NCBI GenBank assembly: GCA_001805055.1
Contig: MHDZ01000066.1
Span: forward strand, 4,904 to 63,619
Source of the DNA: Nitrospirae bacterium GWC2_57_13
Lineage (GTDB): Bacteria; Nitrospirota; UBA9217
Length of the DNA stretch: 58,716 bases
Direction: 5' to 3'
The notes below the pieces were generated by a model that ran no database searches, was not told the DNA's origin, and saw nothing but the letters and a program-made list of their open reading frames with translations. A program made the translations under genes and the position numbers. Below are positions 48,624 to 57,187 of the stretch, in pieces; the stretch's first letter is position 1, and each line of letters begins with the position of its first letter.

Positions 48624-51185
48624 CTAAGTCTTCTCCCGGCTCAGCACTCTGGCAACAGCTTCGCTCAGATTCTTTACGGTATACGGCTTCGCAACAACGG
48701 CGTCAAATCCATAGGCCCGGTATTCCGCCATGACCGGATCGTTGGAATATCCGCTCGATACGATGACCTTCGCAGCGGGGTCCCTGCTCTTGAGCCTTTC
48801 CACCGCCTCTTTCCCTCCCATGCCGCCCGGAATAGTCAGGTCCATGATGACCGCAGCAAACGGCATGCCCTCCGTCATGGCCGCTTCATAGACGGACAGC
48901 GCTTCCTCGCCATCCTTCGCGATTTCAACTTCATATCCAAGACCCGCGAGCATTTTCCCGGCTACGTCCCTGACCATCGCTTCGTCATCCATCACCAGGA
49001 TCCTCCCCTGGCCGCGCACCAGCGCGTTCGGTTGTTGTGGCTTAGACGCTGTTGCTCGATCAGCTGCGGGCAGATAAAACGTGAATGCCGTTCCTTTGCC
49101 CACATCGGAAGTGACCGTAATATGCCCTCCGTGCCGGTGCAGGATTGAATAGCTCGTGGCGAGTCCGAGGCCGCTGCCTTTCTGCTTGGTGGTGAAATAG
49201 GGGTCAAAGATCTTTTTTAGATGCTGGTGTGGTATTCCGATGCCCCGGTCAGCAACGGTTATCCGCACGTAGTCTCCTGCAGAAAGGTTCGGGATCTCTG
49301 TATCTCCCACCGTTCTGTTGCTGCCGCTCACCGTGACCAGGCCGCCGCCTGGCATGGCCTGATCGGCATTGATCACCAGGTTGTTCATCACTTGACTGAT
49401 CTGGCCTTCGTCGACCTCCGCTGTCCAGAGGTCCTCCGGCAAGTCGAACTCGCAGCGTGACCGGGACCCCCGCAGCGCAAAATCCGCTGCTTCTTTTATG
49501 AGCGGTCCCAGGACCACCGCCTTCTTCACCGGCTCGCCGCCGCGCGAGAAGGTCAGCAATTGATAGGTAAGGTCCCGCGCCCTTAACGAAGCACGTTCCG
49601 CTTCCTGAAGTCGCTCCGCGATCTGCGCATCCCCGTCTGAGTACATTTGTGCCAGAGAAATATTGCCAAGGATCGCCGTCAGCAGATTGTTGAAATCGTG
49701 GGCCAGCCCGCCTGCGAGTATGCAGAGCGATTCGAGCTTCTGGGCCTTCAGCAGCTCTTCTTCCATCCGGCGACGCTCTGTCACGTCATGCGCGAGAACA
49801 AGCTCCGCCCTTCGACCGTCGAATACGAGGACATGGGACGTGATCTCCACATCGATGATCCGCCCATCCTTTGTCCGATGCCGCCAAGTCCCCGCTTCGT
49901 CAATGCCTTCAGTGACCTGCGCGATATTCCCGAGCAGCGCAGGGACATCTTCAGGAGGACGGATATCCTTGATCGTCCTGGCCAGGAACTCCTCCCTCGA
50001 ATACCCGTAGTGACGGATGGCAGCGGTGTTGACCGCCAGGAATGCCAGGGTCTCCAGATCATAGACCCACATGGGGTGGGGATTGTTCTCAAAGAGCATC
50101 CGGTACCGCTCCTCGCTCTGCCTCAGCGCCTCTTCGCCTTTTCGGCGATCAGTGATGTCACGCATGATGTCCCGAGAACCGACGACAGCGCCATCCTTGA
50201 TGATCGCTGAAGAGTTCACTTCAACATCGATGCAGCGGCCGTCCCGTTTCCGGACCTTCCCGACAAATTGTTCGTATGCACCCGTCTTCCCGAGCTTCTG
50301 GAACTCCTCCTCGGATCTGGAAACCTGGTCCTGGGGGATGATGTCCAGGACACTCATCGTCAACAGCTCTTCTATCGAATAGCCCAGCACCTCGGCTGCC
50401 TTCCGGTTTACGGCCTTGTAGCGGAGGTCCGTATCGACGATGAAAATGGCGTCATTTGCATTCTCAAACAGGTCTCGATACCGTTCTGCACTCTCCCGGA
50501 TCTCCGCCTCGGCCTGGCGACGGACCGTAACGTCCCGCACGACTTCAACGCCCCCAACTACCGCCCCCCGGCTGTCACGCAAGGGAGATGCGGTTATCTC
50601 CAGGTACAGCGTCTGTCCATCCTTCGAAACGACCTTTTCGACTGTATGGATTTTGCCATCCAGGTACGCCAGGGCAACAGGGCACTCTTCACAGGGCGCT
50701 TCTCGCTTCTGATACGCACGGTAGCAAAACTCACTGACATGATCGCCCATCATCATGCGGTGGACGTGATTCTCATACAAGACCCTGAGATCACGGTCAA
50801 GGATGGCGATCCCGTCTCCCACGGCAGAGATCATGGCCTCGAATTTTTCCTTTTCCTCCCAGGCCCGGGAGACCGCTTTACGCATCTCTTCCTCTGCCTG
50901 GCCGCGGATGTTCAGTTCCTGGCGGGCGCGGATCGAAAAAAGAAAGAATAGGAAGAGCGGCAGGAAAAGGATCTCGGCGTGGTCCTCGTATGCGTCGTAT
51001 GAGGGCGTGATCCCGCTGTGCTCCAGGACCTTCGAGAGAGCCACGAGAACGTAGAGGCCCATAGAGAGAGTGAAAAAGAGCCTCGCAGGTCCTGCCCAGA
51101 GCGTGGTCCGGATTCCCAGGCCGTAGAAAAACGCCGCGCCGAAGGCGATCACGGACAGGATATCCAGAAGGACGATGATGCTCAT
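48624..51185 (-). CDS. membrane-bound multi-PAS hybrid sensor histidine kinase/receiver
   Basis: Three N-terminal TM helices, three PAS domains, AHDFNNLL, NLVINA, DRGIG, FTTK..GSGLGL, C-terminal receiver. Confidence 0.93.
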   Translation of the reverse strand: MSIIVLLDILSVIAFGAAFFYGLGIRTTLWAGPARLFFTLSMGLYVLVALSKVLEHSGITPSYDAYEDHAEILFLPLFLFFLFSIRARQELNIRGQAEEEMRKAVSRAWEEKEKFEAMISAVGDGIAILDRDLRVLYENHVHRMMMGDHVSEFCYRAYQKREAPCEECPVALAYLDGKIHTVEKVVSKDGQTLYLEITASPLRDSRGAVVGGVEVVRDVTVRRQAEAEIRESAERYRDLFENANDAIFIVDTDLRYKAVNRKAAEVLGYSIEELLTMSVLDIIPQDQVSRSEEEFQKLGKTGAYEQFVGKVRKRDGRCIDVEVNSSAIIKDGAVVGSRDIMRDITDRRKGEEALRQSEERYRMLFENNPHPMWVYDLETLAFLAVNTAAIRHYGYSREEFLARTIKDIRPPEDVPALLGNIAQVTEGIDEAGTWRHRTKDGRIIDVEITSHVLVFDGRRAELVLAHDVTERRRMEEELLKAQKLESLCILAGGLAHDFNNLLTAILGNISLAQMYSDGDAQIAERLQEAERASLRARDLTYQLLTFSRGGEPVKKAVVLGPLIKEAADFALRGSRSRCEFDLPEDLWTAEVDEGQISQVMNNLVINADQAMPGGGLVTVSGSNRTVGDTEIPNLSAGDYVRITVADRGIGIPHQHLKKIFDPYFTTKQKGSGLGLATSYSILHRHGGHITVTSDVGKGTAFTFYLPAADRATASKPQQPNALVRGQGRILVMDDEAMVRDVAGKMLAGLGYEVEIAKDGEEALSVYEAAMTEGMPFAAVIMDLTIPGGMGGKEAVERLKSRDPAAKVIVSSGYSNDPVMAEYRAYGFDAVVAKPYTVKNLSEAVARVLSREKT

Positions 51186-51469
51186 GGTACACGCTCCTTC
51201 TGAATACGCTCCTGCATGCGCCTGACACTGCGCGCCCCGACTGCAAAACAGAGTCCGGAGAGCATATGGCCGAGATGCTCGAGAGTATTGAAGAGATCAT
51301 GCCAGAGAATGTCTTCAACTATGGTCAAAACAGAGGACGATACTAGCATGAGGAACCCGGCAACAAACCAGGGCCGGCGGGGGATCCGGGTCGTCCTGAA
51401 CAGGAAGAACAGTATGAGGGCGGCGGCAACACCGAAAACAAGTGCAACAACCTCGCTCTCCTGAATCAT
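51182..51469 (-). CDS. small membrane protein (3 TM), translationally coupled to the kinase
   Basis: Three hydrophobic helices, LEH motif, ATGA overlap with the kinase gene. Confidence 0.7.
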   Translation of the reverse strand: MIQESEVVALVFGVAAALILFFLFRTTRIPRRPWFVAGFLMLVSSSVLTIVEDILWHDLFNTLEHLGHMLSGLCFAVGARSVRRMQERIQKERVP

Positions 51470-51815
51470 AGAAACCTCACCGGGGGAACCAAGTTCCTGT
51501 GATTACCTTCGACATGGTCGACTCGCTCCAAATAACCCTTCGCGTCCTGCTTCGTCCCGCCTCTACTGTTATCGGATGCCGTCCCGGATCAAATACCAAT
51601 AGCATGCGGGCCGGGGTTGCGGGGCGTGCCCTGGCGAATGACAGGCACAGTCTACTGACACCAAAGGGGACTGTCCCTTTTCACTGGCTTGAGGCTAAGC
51701 CGTGCTAATAATGCGGGAAAACGTTGGCTCTAAGAAAAAGCGCTTACATGGTTACCATAGATCGATCAAGCTCCCCGTGAAATACAGCTCACCCTTCCGG
51801 TGAATCCTCGAAAGC

Positions 51816-52937
51816 TCACTGATGTACTTTTATTCTGCTCTCATCCGCCTTCATCCGATCTTTCTGCGTCCCATTTGCTTTTTTTGGATCATCAATGTCA
51901 ATAAAACACTGCGGATCTTCCGCAAGCATGTCCGGTTTTCCCCATGCCTGCGATGCTGCATAAGCGATAGCCCGGCACCCGCGGCAATCGGACCAGCGCT
52001 CGCAGCGGCCGCATTTTCCTCCATATCGTGACCGGTCCCGCAGCGCTTCGAGCACCGGCGATGCGGACCAGACCTCGCGCAGCGAATCGGACCGTACATT
52101 GCCGAGGGGCAGCGGCATCCTGCGGCAGGGAACAAGGGTGCCGTCGGAGAGGATCGTGATGCCTGACACGCCTGCTGCGCATCCGCCGCAGGGTACTACT
52201 CGATCGAGCCGCACGGGTGCCGTGGCCCGCATCTGCGCTCCAACAGGATCACCGCTCACGAACTCAAGACCGTTGGAGGGAAATTCGTTCACCCGCTCAT
52301 AGAGACGCTGAACCTCATCTGTTCCCAGCATCTGCCCCACCAGGCCGGCGCCGCGGCCCGACGGAACGAGCCGAGAATAGCCGAGGCGGGGCACACCCAG
52401 GGCTGACATCTGGCGGGCCAGCTCGAAAAAGACGTCGGCGTTCATTCGCGAGAGCGTCGTGTTGACCGTCACCGGCATCTTCGCGTCGAGCAGGGCGGCT
52501 ATACCGTTGAGGGATGCATGGAAGCTGCGCGTGCCCCTGATGCGGTCATGGACCTCCTCGGGACCTTCCAGGCTCACCTGCACGCCTCGCACACCTGCGG
52601 CGACGAACTGCCTTGCCTTATCCTGATCGATGAGAATGCCGTTCGTAAGAAGATAGACCGCATGGCCCTTGCCTGCGATCTCTTCCAGAATGGTCATCAG
52701 GTCGCGCCGGAGAAGAGGCTCACCGCCGGTAATGTTGAACTCCGGCATTGCGGCGATGCCATAGGCGTCCTGCCAGGCCCGGCACATCGAGAAGATCTCG
52801 GACAGCGTATCCCGTATTTCCGGCAGCGTGAGTTCGCTTCCTGCGCTGCCGGACTGGTAGCAGTGCGAGCAGTGCAGGTTGCATTGCTCGGTAATGTGCC
52901 ACTGCACAAGAAAATCGATATCACCGGCTATTGGCAT
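51816..52937 (-). CDS. radical SAM/SPASM protein, probable peptide maturase
   Basis: VQWHITEQCNLHCSHCYQ, TGGEP, SPASM CGGC..PC..CGRC..CRGCRA..DPQC. Confidence 0.88.
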   Translation of the reverse strand: MPIAGDIDFLVQWHITEQCNLHCSHCYQSGSAGSELTLPEIRDTLSEIFSMCRAWQDAYGIAAMPEFNITGGEPLLRRDLMTILEEIAGKGHAVYLLTNGILIDQDKARQFVAAGVRGVQVSLEGPEEVHDRIRGTRSFHASLNGIAALLDAKMPVTVNTTLSRMNADVFFELARQMSALGVPRLGYSRLVPSGRGAGLVGQMLGTDEVQRLYERVNEFPSNGLEFVSGDPVGAQMRATAPVRLDRVVPCGGCAAGVSGITILSDGTLVPCRRMPLPLGNVRSDSLREVWSASPVLEALRDRSRYGGKCGRCERWSDCRGCRAIAYAASQAWGKPDMLAEDPQCFIDIDDPKKANGTQKDRMKADESRIKVHQ

Positions 52938-52963
52938 CGGAAAGGACCTCCGCGAAGCGCTCG

Positions 52964-53000
52964 AGGGACAGTCCCCCTGGAACCTAAGGGGACTGTCCCT
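52964..53000. repeat. REP-like palindrome (copy of 24074-24110)
   Basis: agggacagtccccctggaacctaaggggactgtccct. Confidence 0.7.
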
Positions 53001-53226
53001 GTCTGAAGCAAAGGCGCCTCTCGCAAAGCCGCAAAGGACGCCAAGAAAAGATCCAAAATTCTTAAATCATGCATTACGGTTTTCTTCGCGCTCATTGCGC
53101 CTTGGCGGTAAATGGTGTTTACGTTCGATTGCAGAGAATACTTAACTCGACATACAGGACAGTGCTCAGCAAAAAACCGACAAACCTAATAAGATCTATT
53201 GGACGCGGATCAAATCTGATAACGCT

Positions 53227-53277
53227 AAAAGAAGATTGGCTGACGCAGCCGGGTCCTACCCGCAGGCTGCGCCAGCC
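53227..53277 (-). terminator. terminator/stabilising hairpin downstream of precursor peptide
   Basis: GGCTGGCGCAGCC...GGCTGCGTCAGCC 13-bp stem (one G-U) followed by AATCTTCTTTT. Confidence 0.55.
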
Positions 53278-53290
53278 GGACCTCATACTC

Positions 53291-53306
53291 GTTGCCGACC
53301 GGCAAC
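53291..53306 (-). promoter_or_regulatory. putative bacterial SECIS element
   Basis: GTTGCC-GGTC-GGCAAC hairpin; loop begins 25 and 16 nt after the first and second TGA. Confidence 0.6.
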
Positions 53307-53307
53307 T

Positions 53308-53430
53308 TCAGCTCTTTCAGCCCTTTCACTTGCGGCATGCCGTTCCGGGATGCTGCTGCATTGCCTGCTTCATCTTCTCCCAGAAGGCAGCCTCCTTCTT
53401 GAGTGTTCCTTCACTGAGAGGCTTCTTCAT
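53308..53430 (-). CDS. putative selenocysteine-containing RiPP precursor, 40 aa (MKKPLSEGTLKKEAAFWEKMKQAMQQHPGTACRK-U-KG-U-KS)
   Basis: AAAGGAGGTG RBS; in-frame TGA at 53326, 53317 and 53308, continuing the 3-residue spacing set by Cys32; SECIS-like hairpin; upstream of rSAM/SPASM gene on the same strand. Confidence 0.7.
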
Positions 53431-53697
53431 CCCTGGCTCACCTCCTTTCCCGCTGGACTCATTCTTCCATAGTATCAAAGAAACGGCCCTGTCGCTTGCC
53501 GCACACATACCTAAGTATTACGGGCTTTCGCATTGAATCATGAGCCGTGGCTTTTCGGGCTAAATGGTGCGAAGTTCATAACCTCTGCGATCTACAGTAA
53601 TTTTTTTTGGTTCAATCTTGATTTTGACGCCCCATGATGCTATTCTAGTCATCATTTTTCCTGCGCAGGACCATTCCTCGACATACTAGAGAAGGAG

Positions 53698-54993
53698 ATG
53701 CAAAACATGATAGCAAGGCGTGCCCTCTTCATCGCTGCGATCCTCATGATGCTGTTCGTCCGTCCGGCGTCTGCCCAGGTGGACTGTTCGCAGTGCCATC
53801 CCGACCTGGCCCAGGGCAAGTCTGTTCACGCAGCGGTCGCGATGGGCTGCGATTCCTGCCACTCGGCCATCGACGCCTCGAACATTCCCCATAAGAAGAC
53901 GAACAAGATACCCCGCGGGCTTTCGTCGGCCCAGCCGGCACTGTGCTACGGCTGCCATGACAAGTCAAAATTTACCCAAAAGACGGTCCATGCCGCCCTC
54001 GGCATGGGGTGCACGAGCTGCCACAGTCCTCACTCATCTAAGAGCGATAAACTGCTTATCGCAGATCCGGGAGAACTGTGCTACAACTGCCACGACAAAG
54101 CGAAGTTCACGAAAAAGACCGTGCATGCCGCCCTCGGCATGGGATGCACCACCTGCCACAACCCGCACTCGACCAAGAGCGCCAAGCTGCTTGCCTCGGA
54201 CCAGCCGGGCCTCTGCTATACCTGCCACGACAAGGCGAAGTTTACCCAGAAGGTCGTTCACGCGGCCCTGGGCATGGGATGCACGGGATGCCACAGCCCC
54301 CATTCCACCAGGAACGCGAAGCTGCTCGCAGCAGACCAGCCTGCTGTATGCTTGACCTGCCACGACAAAAAGAAGTTCAGCGACAAGGTCGTTCATGCGG
54401 CGGTGGGCATGGGATGCACAGGATGCCACGGCCCCCACTCGTCAAAGAACGCAAAGCTCCTTCTGTCGGACCAGCCTGACCTGTGCTACACCTGCCACGA
54501 CAAGTCAATCTTTACGAAAAAGAACGTACACGCCGCTGTTGCCATGGGATGCACGAGCTGCCACAGCCCCCATGCGGCCAGGAACGCAAAGCTGCTCCAA
54601 TCCGACCCTCCGGCGCTCTGCTTCAACTGCCACGACAAGACGGAGTTCTCGAAAAAGAACGTGCACGCCGCCGTAGGCATGGGGTGCGCGGTATGTCATA
54701 CTCCCCACTCCTCAGATGAAATGGCGCTGCTTGCAAAGCCCCCCGTTGAGACCTGCCTTGAATGCCATCCCAACGTGGCGAATGCTCCCCACGTGGTCGC
54801 CGGCTTCTCTGCCAAACGGCATCCCGTCGGGGAACCGCAAAAGAGCGGCAGATACCGGAAGGACCCTGCGCGGCCCGACAAGCCCTTCTATTGCGGAAGC
54901 TGCCACAGCCCGCACAGTTCGGACAGCATGCGACTATTCCGTTATCCTGTAAAAACAGCGATGGAAATATGCTCGAAGTGCCACAAGATGTGA
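53698..54993 (+). CDS. 17-heme periplasmic cytochrome c built from doubled-CxxCH repeats
   Basis: Signal peptide; 17 CxxCH counted; CHxPH motifs; AAGGAG RBS. Confidence 0.92.
   Translation: MQNMIARRALFIAAILMMLFVRPASAQVDCSQCHPDLAQGKSVHAAVAMGCDSCHSAIDASNIPHKKTNKIPRGLSSAQPALCYGCHDKSKFTQKTVHAALGMGCTSCHSPHSSKSDKLLIADPGELCYNCHDKAKFTKKTVHAALGMGCTTCHNPHSTKSAKLLASDQPGLCYTCHDKAKFTQKVVHAALGMGCTGCHSPHSTRNAKLLAADQPAVCLTCHDKKKFSDKVVHAAVGMGCTGCHGPHSSKNAKLLLSDQPDLCYTCHDKSIFTKKNVHAAVAMGCTSCHSPHAARNAKLLQSDPPALCFNCHDKTEFSKKNVHAAVGMGCAVCHTPHSSDEMALLAKPPVETCLECHPNVANAPHVVAGFSAKRHPVGEPQKSGRYRKDPARPDKPFYCGSCHSPHSSDSMRLFRYPVKTAMEICSKCHKM
53941..54750 (+). repeat. six intragenic 135-bp (45-aa) diheme tandem repeats
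   Basis: Units begin at 53941, 54076, 54211, 54346, 54481 and 54616 (LCYxCHDK..F....VHAAxGMGCxxCHxPH....KLL). Confidence 0.9.
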
Positions 54994-55003
54994 AGTGAGG
55001 GAA
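54875..55003 (+). repeat. 129-bp direct repeat, left copy (3' end of cytochrome gene)
   Basis: Aligns without gaps to 56526-56654; 11 mismatches counted by eye. Confidence 0.9.
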
Positions 55004-55029
55004 ACTGAAACAGTATAGACCCCATCAGG

Positions 55030-55209
55030 TTCTTATTTCTTGGTGGCGCATGGTTACGTCTTATTCAGATGGATGTTTTCAAGAATGCATCAAATTCATG
55101 TACCGGACCTCCGCCATTGTTAACGTGCATATTTTGCGGTGGTTTCGGCATTGTCTTTGGTGCGGTAGCGGGTCTATTCAAGAGAAAACGTTGGAAATTC
55201 CCATGGTGA
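55030..55209 (+). pseudogene. possible 3' fragment of a membrane-protein gene
   Basis: Open frame FLFLGGAWLRLIQMD...GGFGIVFGAVAGLFKRKRWKFPW* begins at the repeat site with no RBS/start context. Confidence 0.3.
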
Positions 55210-55290
55210 CGGCGAAATAGCTGTTGCCATATATAACGGTATCCGTTATAATTTCACGTAGTGATAAATTGAACCGAATGAGGATGCCTG

Positions 55291-55584
55291 GTGATAAAAT
55301 CGTTCCGCGACAAGGGCACCGAGGATCTTTTTGACAGGAAAAACACCCGAGAAGCCAGACAGGCTTGTCCGCAGCAAATCTGGCGAATAGCACAGCGAAA
55401 GCTCGATCAACTTAATGGGGTCGTTTCCTTGGAATCTTTGAAAATTCCACCGGGAAATTTACTGGAAGCCCTTAAACATGATCGGAAGGGTCAGCACAGC
55501 ATACGGATTAACGATCAGTTCCGCGTTTGTTTTGTGTGGACGGATGATGGCGTGGAAAACGTCGAAATTACCGATTACCACTGA
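55291..55584 (+). CDS. higB: HigB (RelE/ParE-family) toxin
   Basis: MIKSFRDKGTE...RKLDQL...PPGNLLEALK..RKGQHSIRINDQFRVCFVW...VEITDYH. Confidence 0.93.
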   Translation: MIKSFRDKGTEDLFDRKNTREARQACPQQIWRIAQRKLDQLNGVVSLESLKIPPGNLLEALKHDRKGQHSIRINDQFRVCFVWTDDGVENVEITDYH

Positions 55585-55587
55585 AGA

Positions 55588-55920
55588 GTGAAGGAGAAGA
55601 AGATGGTACGCATACCTAAATATGGTCCGCCGACGCATCCCGGTGAGATGCTGCTGGAGGAGTTTCTCAAACCTCTGAAAATAACGCAGAGTAGTTTGGC
55701 GGAAAAGCTGGGAGTTTCATATCCTCGCGTTAATGAACTGATTCATGGGAAGCGGGGGATAACCCCTGACACAGCACTTCGTCTGGAGAAACTGTTTGGC
55801 ATGGAGGCGCAGTTTTGGCTTAATTTGCAGTTGGCGTGGGACTTATATCATGTAACCCATTCAGCAACTGCGAAGGAGATAAAGAAAATTAAAAGATTGC
55901 CTGCCTTAGCTCACGTCTAA
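55588..55920 (+). CDS. higA: HigA antitoxin (XRE HTH)
   Basis: PTHPGEMLLEEFL, ITPDTALRL, FWLNLQ; downstream of toxin. Start could be ATG 55603. Confidence 0.93.
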   Translation: MKEKKMVRIPKYGPPTHPGEMLLEEFLKPLKITQSSLAEKLGVSYPRVNELIHGKRGITPDTALRLEKLFGMEAQFWLNLQLAWDLYHVTHSATAKEIKKIKRLPALAHV

Positions 55921-56113
55921 GCCGTCTCTATTCATGTACATGTCCCAACCAGACGGCTCGACACCGACCGGGCCTCGCGCGGAAACAGTATAGACCCCTT
56001 AGGTTCTATGCTTCTTGAAATCCCATAGCCCTGTGGCGCGTAACGGCTTAGTCCAACCAGCAGTTAGAGCCTGTCAAGCGGCTCTACGTATTAAAAAGCG
56101 AAGGGAGATTCTT

Positions 56114-56497
56114 ATGAAACTCTCATTTCATATTTCATCGGCATTCGTAATAGCGTTACTTGGTTCTGGCTGCGCCACCATGTTCATGGGTGCCCATCAA
56201 AGAATCCAAGTTTTATCTGACCCGCCTGGAGCAACGGTAAAGGTTGATAATTATATTTCCACTACGCCAACTATTCTTAAACTCAGGAGAAAGTACGATC
56301 ATTTCATTACCATTGAAAAATCAGGCTACGATCCTATTTACGCCAAAATTGATAGTCATTTTAACTTTGGCCTATTTTTAAATGTATTGATACTATTCCC
56401 GCCAGGGATGATTGTTGACGCCGCCACTGGTGCATCATGGTCATTGACGCCCGATGATTTTAATGTAAAGCTGAAATTACTCGATCCTCAAAATTAA
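56114..56497 (+). CDS. PEGA-like domain lipoprotein
   Basis: Lipobox LGSGC; SDPPGATVKVD...TP; IVDAATGA; GGGAG RBS. Confidence 0.8.
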   Translation: MKLSFHISSAFVIALLGSGCATMFMGAHQRIQVLSDPPGATVKVDNYISTTPTILKLRRKYDHFITIEKSGYDPIYAKIDSHFNFGLFLNVLILFPPGMIVDAATGASWSLTPDDFNVKLKLLDPQN

Positions 56498-56525
56498 CTT
56501 CGGAACTTCTATGGGTCTATACTGT

Positions 56526-56654
56526 CCGACAAGCCGTTCTACTGCGGAAGCTGCCACAGCCCGCACAGCTCGGACAGCATACGCCTGTTCCGGTATCCTG
56601 TAAAGACGACGATGGAAATATGCTCGAAGTGCCACAAGATGTGATGTGAGGGAA
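56526..56654 (+). repeat. 129-bp direct repeat, right copy (orphan cytochrome 3' end)
   Basis: Encodes DKPFYCGSCHSPHSSDSIRLFRYPVKTTMEICSKCHKM* with no start codon. Confidence 0.9.
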
Positions 56655-57187
56655 GGTCCTGCTCACGCGGGAAGACGGCTGCAACACCGACGCTCTGCGC
56701 ACAGGCGTACGCACGGTCTACAGCCCCTCGCCGGGCCGCGCTGGACCGTGCCCATCCATAAAATAATGGGACGAGTATGACACCGTCGGAAAAGCGCGAT
56801 TGATTGACGGGCGTATTCAGAAATCCAGCGGGCTCTTCGCTTCTTTGACCGTCCTGCCCGGCACGCAGTTATATTATAGTGAACGTTCGCTCACCTATCA
56901 AGTGCCGGCGTTACTTTCTGGCCTATCAAACTCAACCTGAAACAGCCTTCGAGTGCATTCAGTTACATTTCTCCCATACATCAGCAAAGTGATTGACCCC
57001 TTACGGCCATCTGTGCTACTGTAGTTTTAACGGATGATATGATGTTATTGTTCGTTTGAAATACTTCGATCTATTCTCGTATCGCTGAAGTCGAGCATTA
57101 TTCTTGCAGGCTAGTAAAGAACGGATTTTCCTGTTTTACTAGCCGGACACGGCTAGACAATCACTGGTTGAATTCAAAATTAGAACG

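Larger units (their letters stand above)
55008..56525. mobile_element. small non-autonomous insert carrying HigBA and a lipoprotein gene
   Basis: Flanked by 129-bp direct repeats; terminal inverted ACAGTATAGACCC (55010-55022) / GGGTCTATACTGT (56513-56525); internal third copy at 55985; visibly lower GC; no recombinase gene. Confidence 0.55.

Noticed and set aside
53119-53310. Read-through of the third TGA to give a longer protein
   Set aside because: The hairpin loop is only 7 nt from this TGA, and the extension would run through a terminator-like stem with no recognisable features.
53941-54750. Regularly spaced repeats as a CRISPR array
   Set aside because: They are in-frame 135-bp coding repeats with no unique spacers and no cas genes.
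54875-56654. Possible diversity-generating retroelement VR/TR pair
   Set aside because: Mismatches are not adenine-specific, are mostly synonymous, and no reverse transcriptase is present.
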